A DNA stretch of 34,713 nt, taken from sequence record DRR723986_1736; one strand, 5' to 3'. The notes under the pieces are model-generated. The model saw nothing but the letters and a program-made list of their open reading frames with translations. It was not told the DNA's origin and ran no database searches. Position 1 is the stretch's first letter. Each line of letters begins with the position of its first letter. Position numbers and translations under genes: made by a program. Shown piece after piece: positions 19,884-27,115 of this stretch.

Positions 19884-20606
19884 ATGACAGAACAGGATCT
19901 GCAACTGCTATCGCAATACCTGGATGGGGAACTGGACGGACCGGCGGTTTCACGCCTTGAGACCCGCCTCGCCGAGGATGCGGTACTGCAGGCTGAACTC
20001 GAGCGCCTTGAGGCTCTGGACAGCCGGGTCAAAAGGGCCTTCCACAGCAATGGTACCGACAGCGTGCCGCCGCGGATTGCCGCCATGCTGGGAGCGCCGG
20101 CATCGAACGTGCTCAGCTTCCCGGTACGCAGCCGTTCCCGTTGGCAATTTGCGATCGCAGCCTCGGTGGCCGTGATCTGTGGCGTGCTGGTGAACCAGGC
20201 AGTACAGTTCAATGGCGACGGGACGCCTGCGCTGTTGCGGCAAGATGCGCTGTTGTCACAGGCCCTGGAGGTAACGCCGTCCGCCGCCGAAGGCTGGACA
20301 GCACTGGCCGACGGACGGCAACTCCGCCCGGTACTGAGCTTCCCTCGTACCAACGGCGGCTGGTGCCGTGAATACCTGCTGTCAAATGAAGACGCTGACT
20401 GGCGAGGTGTTGCCTGCCGCAGCGACGATGGGCAGTGGATCACCCAGGCCATCGGCAGCGAAGCCTTCCTGAACCCCAGCGACGCCTACCGCCCGGCAGG
20501 TGCCAGTGATACCGACCAGGTTGCCGCCTTTATCGGCGACAATGCCGCGGATATCGCCCTGAGCGCAGGCCAGGAGGCCGATATCATCGCTAACAGCTGG
20601 CAGTAA
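19884..20606 (+). CDS. Transmembrane anti-sigma factor
   Basis: N-terminal LSQYLDGELD, a single TM (WQFAIAASVAVICGVLV) and a periplasmic domain with WCREY...GVACR. Directly follows the sigma gene. Confidence 0.85.
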   Translation: MTEQDLQLLSQYLDGELDGPAVSRLETRLAEDAVLQAELERLEALDSRVKRAFHSNGTDSVPPRIAAMLGAPASNVLSFPVRSRSRWQFAIAASVAVICGVLVNQAVQFNGDGTPALLRQDALLSQALEVTPSAAEGWTALADGRQLRPVLSFPRTNGGWCREYLLSNEDADWRGVACRSDDGQWITQAIGSEAFLNPSDAYRPAGASDTDQVAAFIGDNAADIALSAGQEADIIANSWQ

Positions 20607-20628
20607 TTTCCCGCCCAGCACCACGCGC

Positions 20629-20658
20629 AAAAGGCGCCTCCAGCGAGGCGCCTTTTTT
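20629..20658. terminator. Bidirectional Rho-independent terminator
   Basis: AAAAGGCGCCTC-CAGC-GAGGCGCCTTTTTT; T6 on plus and T4 on minus. Confidence 0.8.
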
Positions 20659-20978
20659 GTGCACGGCTTGCACCCGAACAAACGCCACGCAATAACGCAC
20701 AGCGAGACATACGCGGCAAACAACGGATTCAAGTAAGAGAAGGGAGAGGCAGGGCCTGTCGCCCCATGTAGACAACAGGCCCTGGGATTCAGAGTGAGGG
20801 CGCTAGCCGCCTCACTCCAGAAACAGAAAACAGGAGAAACCGGGTCTCTGGGGACGCTCTGGATTCTCTGAAAAAAATGAGGTCAGCGACTGAAGCCACG
20901 CATTCTATTCTGCTTCGCAGTGATGCGTACCCAAGCGGCTGTTCGCCGCCACCTCGAGGTGTTTCACTCCACCATTGA
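20629..20978 (-). ncRNA. Candidate ECF-sigma-dependent structured non-coding RNA (about 105 nt or about 340 nt)
   Basis: A third copy of the ECF promoter motif points into a region with no credible ORF. It has hairpins at 20879-20955, 20791-20818 and 20750-20784, a U7 at 20871-20877, and ends at the bidirectional terminator. Transcription is inferred, not shown. Confidence 0.5.
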
Positions 20979-20984
20979 ACAGTT

Positions 20985-21010
20985 GACGAGGCAGGGCCGG
21001 GATTTATTCC
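20985..21010 (-). promoter_or_regulatory. Third putative ECF-sigma promoter
   Basis: Minus strand GGAATA-AATCCCGGCCCTGCCT(16)-CGTC, with an A/T-rich UP-like tract at about 21013-21030. Confidence 0.65.
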
Positions 21011-21077
21011 CGATTTTTCAAAAAAAATTACAGCCCCGGGAAGTAAGGTATTTTTCTTTTATTACCAGTTAGTTAAG

Positions 21078-21109
21078 ACATGGCTGCCGGGTTGATCCGG
21101 CAGCCATGT
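21078..21109 (-). terminator. Strong hairpin immediately after the CBS gene (terminator or 3' stabiliser)
   Basis: Perfect 13-bp stem ACATGGCTGCCGG/CCGGCAGCCATGT, 3 nt after the stop. There is no clean U-run. Confidence 0.55.
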
Positions 21110-21112
21110 GAC

Positions 21113-21541
21113 TCACTTGCGGTTCTGTACAACCTTGCGTCGGGAATGCTCCATCAGCGCCCAGAGAATATTGCTGGAACTGACCTGGCCGACCAGCTTA
21201 CCGTCCTGGATGACCGGACGGCGACGCTGCCGGGATTTCAGCATGTCCTGGGCCACCTCGATAATACTGTCGCCGGGGGCGCAGATATTCAGGTCTGCTG
21301 TCATGGCTTCACGAACCAGGGAGTGCGCCGGATCCCCGTCGTTGTAGATCGAGGCCAGAATCGCTTCCAGGCAGTCCAGCTCCGAGAGCACCCCCACCGG
21401 GCGCCCGTCATCGTCGGTGACCGTTATGCCGGTCAACTTGTACTCGACCAGGGTCTCGATAGCCTGCACAAGGTTGGCATCCTGGTTAATAGTGAACGGA
21501 TTGCGGCGCATGCAATCCTTGATGGTGGTGGGCTGAGGCAT
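21113..21541 (-). CDS. CBS domain pair protein
   Basis: 142 aa with two CBS repeats (VTDDDGRPVGVLSELD; RRRPVIQDGKLVGQVS). Confidence 0.9.
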   Translation of the reverse strand: MPQPTTIKDCMRRNPFTINQDANLVQAIETLVEYKLTGITVTDDDGRPVGVLSELDCLEAILASIYNDGDPAHSLVREAMTADLNICAPGDSIIEVAQDMLKSRQRRRPVIQDGKLVGQVSSSNILWALMEHSRRKVVQNRK

Positions 21542-21734
21542 GGACTCGCTCCGTCGTCAGGACATAGGGTTGATCGAGGCCAATACTAGCAGTCACGTGG
21601 CCTGGGGGAAAAGGCATGCTTGGCTAAGCTGTCGGTGCCTCGGGAGAGCAGGTTTCGGCCTGGCGATAAAGAGAGAAGTGTTGCGGCGGTCAGCCGGCCG
21701 GCCACAGAAGCGGCGCGGCGACGGGGCTTTCGGA

Positions 21735-22985
21735 CTAGTAGCCCACCGGAGCGAAGTGCTGTATTTCCGGTGCCGACAAATCAATGCCAAACGCGCCTGG
21801 CTTATGAGCCCGGAGAATGTCGATGACCTTGTCGTTATTGGCCTGATCCTGCAGGTCGCGCGCCTCAGGGGACATGACCGGCTGCTTGTCGGCATCGCGC
21901 AGGACCAGGACCTTCGGGTGCAGGCGGCGGGTTCGATAGTCGGCCAGCACCACCCCCACTTCTCCGGTCGACAGTTCGACGATGGTCCCCGCGGGGTAGA
22001 TACCCACCGCCTGGATAAATGCCTCCACCAGCTCCGCCTGGAATTCCTGGTCCCGCAGCTGGTACAGCACCTTGATCGCTTCCGAGGGTGACAGCGCCGG
22101 TGCGTGGCTGCGCTCGCTGGTCATCGCATCGTAGCTGTCGACGATCGCGGCAATGCGCGCCATTGGCGGAATATCATCACCCTTCAGGCCCTGCGGATAA
22201 CCGGAGCCATTGAAGCGCTCATGATGGTGCGCCACCATGCTGTACACGTCGGGATTGATCACGCCGCTCTCTTCTATGATCTCCACCCCGAACTGAACAT
22301 GCATCCGCATGCGTTCGGTTTCCTCCAGAGAGAGCTCGCGATCCGCCCGCAGTAACTCCGGGGCAATCCGCAGTTTGCCGACGTCCATCAACATACCGCC
22401 CATGGCCAGGGAGCGCAGATCCTGACGCGGCAGGCCCAGCTGCCGACCGAGCGACACCGCCCAGATCGACGCACCCAGGCTGTGCTTATAGGTGTATTTG
22501 TCGTGCTCCTTCAAGCGGGTAACCCAGAGGCAGGCGTCCGGGTTACGGCTCACACTGTCGACCAGCGGTTCAACCGCCTTGCGCATCTGAATAACCTTGA
22601 CCTTACCGCCACGGTCAACCTCTTCAAAGATGTCGACGATGTCCACGAGCAATGAATCCAGCGCGGTATGTGCCAGATGCTGTTCTTCGCTGAAATTGCT
22701 GCGATCGTTATAGGGTTCGATAGGGCGGCCGGGGAAAATCTTCTCAACAGACTGGCGCGGCCGCTCGCGACGTACCTTGCTTTGCAAAGTGTTCGAGGCG
22801 AGTTTGCTCTGCCGGGTATCAACCAGCACGTACTCGCAGTACTTGCGCAACCTGTCGATCTGCTCGCGATCTTCAATACGGAACCCCTGGATCATAAACG
22901 GGGTTTCCAGCCAGGGCCGGTCCAGCGCACTCACGAACATGCCGACTTCAAGGTCGGTTGTGTAGATTTTCAGGGCCTGCAGCAT
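21735..22985 (-). CDS. DUF3391 + HD-GYP domain protein
   Basis: N-terminal LEVGMFVSALDRPWLETPF, YTYKHS, HHERFNGSGYPQGL and IAAIVDSYDAMTS. The HD dyad reads MD. Confidence 0.9.
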   Translation of the reverse strand: MLQALKIYTTDLEVGMFVSALDRPWLETPFMIQGFRIEDREQIDRLRKYCEYVLVDTRQSKLASNTLQSKVRRERPRQSVEKIFPGRPIEPYNDRSNFSEEQHLAHTALDSLLVDIVDIFEEVDRGGKVKVIQMRKAVEPLVDSVSRNPDACLWVTRLKEHDKYTYKHSLGASIWAVSLGRQLGLPRQDLRSLAMGGMLMDVGKLRIAPELLRADRELSLEETERMRMHVQFGVEIIEESGVINPDVYSMVAHHHERFNGSGYPQGLKGDDIPPMARIAAIVDSYDAMTSERSHAPALSPSEAIKVLYQLRDQEFQAELVEAFIQAVGIYPAGTIVELSTGEVGVVLADYRTRRLHPKVLVLRDADKQPVMSPEARDLQDQANNDKVIDILRAHKPGAFGIDLSAPEIQHFAPVGY

Positions 22986-23274
22986 GTCAAGGTGCTCTCC
23001 TGGCCAGTCTGTATTTGAATCCAGCTACATTAGTTTATAGCCACAAAAAGAGTACTGGCTCACAAATTTCGTGGAAAAGTAGAGATTTCCGCAGATTTTT
23101 GGCGAGATCTGACGTGCAGCGGCATGTTTTCTCGCAATTCCCTGTTTTTATTAGGATTTGCGGCATTCTACAGCGACCTTGGGGTGGCCGAAGATAAAGC
23201 GAGCAAGGTAGCGCCTCCAGAGGCGACGACCCGGAGATGGCGTCAGCGGGGCAGCACGCATCCTAGCCGGTGCG

Positions 23275-24924
23275 TTACTGCCAATCCCCCGCCAGGGCAA
23301 ACCAGCGCAAGGCCTCCGCCGAGTCGGGTAATACCTGCTGATAGCCCCCTGCATTGCATCGGTCCGCCATGAGTTCCGAGGCCGCCTGCTGCAGGATTGC
23401 CTGCGGCGCCCAGGTGCTGGCTGGCTGCTCCACCGATGATGATGCACCCATCGCATCCAGCAGGCAGGTCTCGAGCATCGGCGGCTGTTCGGCACGCACG
23501 CCCCTGAACCGCCAGACGCCATCCACCACATCCGGCTCATACTCGGGCAACAGGCGCCAGCCGTGCTCCGCCACCAGCTCAAGCGCTCGCAGCAGGTACT
23601 CAAACTCCGCCTCTTCGATGAAATAATTGAAGTTCAAACGCACCCAGCCCGGGCGAAGAATCCTGTATCCCGCCTGTATCTCGGCTTCGATGGCACGACT
23701 TCGTGGCATATCCAGGCCCAGCAGGCTGTGCCCGTAGGGACCGGCACAGGAGCAGCCACCGCGCGCCTGGATACCGAACAGGTCATTGAGCAGCGCAACC
23801 ACATAGCCATAGTGAAGATCACGCTCACCGTGCTTGAAACGCAGTGACAGGATCGCTAGCCGGGGCACGTCCGTCGGCCCCAGGACCTCGATGTTGGGAC
23901 AGGCTTGCAGGCGTGACAGCGCCCGCTGCAGGAAGTCACGCTCACGCCGTTCGATCTCCTCGACGCCAACCACTTGCTGGAGTTTGAACACCAGTCCGGC
24001 GCGTATGGCTTCGATAATGGCCGGTGTACCACCCTCCTCTCGCCGCTGGTGATCGTCTAGATAGCGGTGGTCTTCGGGGGTCACGTAGGCCACGGTACCA
24101 CCGCCCACCACCGCCGGAACGCTGTTGTTAAGCAGGTGCTCTTTGACTAACAGCACGCCCGGCGTACCCGGCCCGCCGACAAACTTGTGTGGTGAGATAA
24201 ACACCGCATCGAGCGGATGTGCACCATTCATGTCGATACCCACATAGGGCGCTGCGGCGGCGTAATCCCAGAAACCAAGCGCGCCATGCGACCTTAGCAG
24301 GTCGCTAACGGCGGGCACGTCCGTCTTTACGCCGGTCACATTGGACGCCGCGGAAAAACTGCCCATCAGCAATGGCCTGTGTGCGTGCGCTTCCAGCTCT
24401 CGCGCGAGGCTTTCCAGATCAAGCTGCCCCCGCTCCGTGAGCGGGATAACAACCACATCGGCAATGCTCTCCCGCCAGGGCAATTCGTTGGAGTGGTGCT
24501 CATAGGGCCCGATAAACACCACCGGGCGCTCATTCGCGGGAATGAGCTGTTCGAGTTCGTAGCGGTCTGCCAGGTCCCGTGGCAGCCGCAGATTGAGGAT
24601 ATCGATCAGCTTGTTGATAGCCGCCGTCGCGCCGCTGCCGCAGAAGATAACCTGGTCTGCCGCCGTGCCGTTCACCGCCTGGCGAATGCTCTGGCGAGCC
24701 TGCTCGCGCAGTGCCGTGGTGCGAGCTCCGGTGAACGAGGTTTCTGTATGGGTATTGGCATAAAACGGCATGACCTGCTGACGGATGAGGTCCTCGATAA
24801 AACCCAGTGACCGCCCTGATGCCGTGTAATCGGCATAAACCAGCGGCCGGGTACCAAAGGGGGTCGCAATGGGGTGTTTATCGCCGATAACGGACTGGCG
24901 GATCGACTCGATCAGGCGGGACAT
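23275..24924 (-). CDS. Class V PLP-dependent aminotransferase / cysteine desulfurase-like enzyme
   Basis: VYADYTASGR, YANTHTE, EHHSNELPW, AASNVTG, PLP lysine in SPHKF, EEGGTP and RGGCSCAGPY. Confidence 0.92.
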   Translation of the reverse strand: MSRLIESIRQSVIGDKHPIATPFGTRPLVYADYTASGRSLGFIEDLIRQQVMPFYANTHTETSFTGARTTALREQARQSIRQAVNGTAADQVIFCGSGATAAINKLIDILNLRLPRDLADRYELEQLIPANERPVVFIGPYEHHSNELPWRESIADVVVIPLTERGQLDLESLARELEAHAHRPLLMGSFSAASNVTGVKTDVPAVSDLLRSHGALGFWDYAAAAPYVGIDMNGAHPLDAVFISPHKFVGGPGTPGVLLVKEHLLNNSVPAVVGGGTVAYVTPEDHRYLDDHQRREEGGTPAIIEAIRAGLVFKLQQVVGVEEIERRERDFLQRALSRLQACPNIEVLGPTDVPRLAILSLRFKHGERDLHYGYVVALLNDLFGIQARGGCSCAGPYGHSLLGLDMPRSRAIEAEIQAGYRILRPGWVRLNFNYFIEEAEFEYLLRALELVAEHGWRLLPEYEPDVVDGVWRFRGVRAEQPPMLETCLLDAMGASSSVEQPASTWAPQAILQQAASELMADRCNAGGYQQVLPDSAEALRWFALAGDWQ

Positions 24925-25089
24925 GGGCTCTACTCCACAACAGAGTGGGCATGATAGAGGTCCCGGCGAGAAACATTGTTCCTAAATGTGCTGTTTTTCT
25001 ATCGTTATTCGATATTTTGTTCTATTTTTTTCCATTTATTGGCACAATATCCCGAATCTTTCTCTCAAGAAGACACAGTAGACCGTCGC

Positions 25090-25536
25090 ATGGATAAAAT
25101 CGACCGCCGCCTGCTCGGCTGCATGCAGGCCGATGCCAGTCTGTCTGTCGGGGAGCTCGCCGATCAGGCCGGTATCTCCAAATCGGCCTGCTGGCGCCGC
25201 ATCCAGAAACTGGAACGTAACGGCACCATCAGGAAACGGGTCACCCTGCTGAATCCAGCCAGCGTGGGTGTGCCGCTGACCGCCTTTATTTCGGTACGAA
25301 CCAACCAACACAACGAGCAGTGGGCCCGCAAGTTCAAAGAAGTGGTAGAGTCCCTACCCGGCATCCTCGAGGTATACCGGATGGGCGGCGAGGTGGACTA
25401 CCTGCTGAAAGCCACCGTGAGTGATATGCCGGGCTACGACAGGCTTTACCAGCAATTGATCAAGGCGGATCTGTTCGACGTCAGTGCGAGTTTTGTCATG
25501 GAAGAATTAAAGCAGACAACGGAATTGCCTTTGTGA
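25090..25536 (+). CDS. Lrp/AsnC family regulator (DecR-like)
   Basis: MDKIDRRLL, HTH GISKSACWRRIQKLE, YRMGGEVDYLLK and YDRLYQQLI. Divergent from the PLP enzyme. Confidence 0.9.
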   Translation: MDKIDRRLLGCMQADASLSVGELADQAGISKSACWRRIQKLERNGTIRKRVTLLNPASVGVPLTAFISVRTNQHNEQWARKFKEVVESLPGILEVYRMGGEVDYLLKATVSDMPGYDRLYQQLIKADLFDVSASFVMEELKQTTELPL

Positions 25537-26060
25537 GCAGCACTTTGCAGCACCGTCATCTTTCGGCACTTGCCCTGTTTCTGCTACTGGGGTTTGCGTC
25601 GCTGCTCATCTCGCCAAATGCGCTCGCCAGGGGCTGGGTCTATCACCTGGCGGACCGGATTTCCTCCCAGTCCCACAGCGGCAAGCTTGCTGTCGACCTG
25701 GACTGCGAGCACGCCCTGCTCTTCGGCACCAGCGCGAAAAGCGGTCTGGACGGGTTTGAACAACGACTGGAAGCTGAGCATGACGGCAAGGGCAAGATCA
25801 CCTGGCGGGTGGACAAAGGCCGCACCTGGTCGTTCGAAGCACCTGCGTACCTGTGGCAAGACCCGGGTGGCCATAAACGCTACGGCTTCATCGCCCGCGT
25901 CCAGGACGACAGAATCATCCAGGAGATGATCGCCGGTCGCAGCATGCACCTGACCTGGGCAGATGGGTCCAGCGACGAGATCAGCCTGATCGGGTTCACC
26001 AGGGCCTTCCGGCAGATGGATGCGGCCTGCCCCAGCCAGGACCTGGCCTCCTCAATGTAG
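25533..26060 (+). CDS. Hypothetical exported protein
   Basis: Signal peptide ending ALA, two Cys, and C-terminal ISLIGFTRAFRQMDAAC. GTGA overlap with the Lrp stop. Confidence 0.65.
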   Translation: MSSTLQHRHLSALALFLLLGFASLLISPNALARGWVYHLADRISSQSHSGKLAVDLDCEHALLFGTSAKSGLDGFEQRLEAEHDGKGKITWRVDKGRTWSFEAPAYLWQDPGGHKRYGFIARVQDDRIIQEMIAGRSMHLTWADGSSDEISLIGFTRAFRQMDAACPSQDLASSM

Positions 26061-26118
26061 GCGACCCGCTGGCGTTACGGGCTGAGCCTGAGAAGGGCTG
26101 CTGCATAGCGCCTTGCCG

Positions 26119-26979
26119 TCACTCCAACTCCAGCAGTCGAATACGGCGAAATTGGACAGGGTGGCTCTCCGACTGGAGCGCGATATAGCCGCTTTGCAGT
26201 TCGCGAGACGCACCGGCGTCGAGAAGGCGCCGGGTATGGCTGTTCCAGGAATCCAGTTGCGGCGCCTCGTACTCAAAGACCCGCTCGCCATTGATAAAGT
26301 GGCGAATAAGGCGATTCGAGCGGACCTCCACTTCCAGCTGTACCCACTCGTCGCCGACGATACTCGCAGAAGCGGACTGCATACAGTGCTGGGTGTGTAA
26401 TTTGCCGTTAATCTTCACATGCGTGCCCGGGGTACACAGGTTGGCTGTCGGCCGGTGTTCCTCGGGGGCCGCGCCCAACAACTGCACCTCGATCGAAACG
26501 GGAAAGTCCTGATCCACTGCCATAGTCTCAGGCGACTGGCTGTGCAGCATCACGCCGCTGTTGCGCCAGGCCCAGCCCATACCGGCGGCATCTGTGGCCT
26601 GCTCACCGATAAAGCGGTACTCCAGCTGCAGGATGTAACTCGCGAAGGGCCGCTCGAAAAACAGGTGGCCGAACTCACCCTGCCAACCGTCATAGTTGTC
26701 ATAGGCCACTGTGATAGCACCATCACTGACCCGGAAGGTATCGCGATAATTCTCGCCGACGGGGTATCCAACAACCTTGCTGCGCCAGCCGCTCAGCGAC
26801 TTGCCATCAAACAGGCTGATCCAGTTTGCGGAATCGCTGACCTCAACCGAGGGCGGAGGCCGGTGGTCGTTGTTTGCTGTGTACTGCCCAAGATAAAAGT
26901 AACGCCAGAAGAAAAATGCCGCGACGACGAGCAGCACGAGCACCAGGACCAATAGGAATTGCACCAGCCGTTTGCGCAT
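26119..26979 (-). CDS. DUF1080 (3-keto-disaccharide hydrolase-like) membrane-anchored protein
   Basis: WISLFDGKSLSGW, NSGVMLH, SIEVQLL and GYIALQSESHPVQFRRIRL. ATG 26979 follows GAGGGGAG. Confidence 0.88.
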   Translation of the reverse strand: MRKRLVQFLLVLVLVLLVVAAFFFWRYFYLGQYTANNDHRPPPSVEVSDSANWISLFDGKSLSGWRSKVVGYPVGENYRDTFRVSDGAITVAYDNYDGWQGEFGHLFFERPFASYILQLEYRFIGEQATDAAGMGWAWRNSGVMLHSQSPETMAVDQDFPVSIEVQLLGAAPEEHRPTANLCTPGTHVKINGKLHTQHCMQSASASIVGDEWVQLEVEVRSNRLIRHFINGERVFEYEAPQLDSWNSHTRRLLDAGASRELQSGYIALQSESHPVQFRRIRLLELE

Positions 26980-27115
26980 TATTGTGCTCCCCTCGTTGAT
27001 TACGTAGACGAGAAACACTGCCACCCGTCGACCTACAGGGTCGCATCTTACACCCTATCAGGATGCCGCCGGCAACCGGCAACGCGCCCAGCCGATCAGG
27101 GTAAGAGTGGAAAGC

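Noticed and set aside
20658-20672. Possible sigma54 promoter (TGTGCACGGCTTGC) for a plus-strand CrcZ-like RNA
   Set aside because: It lacks the invariant GG at -24 and has the wrong spacing to TTGC. No plus-strand terminator was found downstream.
20382-20775. Short minus-strand ORFs (116, 77 and 61 aa) that might be the product of the third ECF promoter
   Set aside because: They start more than 200 nt from the promoter without a Shine-Dalgarno, cross the bidirectional terminator and overlap the anti-sigma gene. The sequence does not look protein-like.
20720-20870. CRISPR-like array suggested by recurring GGATTC and hairpins
   Set aside because: The repeat is only 6 nt with uneven spacing (60 and 76 nt), and no cas genes are present.
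23211-23226. GCGCCTCCAGAGGCG, resembling the 20629-20658 terminator stem (possible REP)
   Set aside because: Only two short imperfect copies exist, which is compatible with chance in GC-rich DNA.
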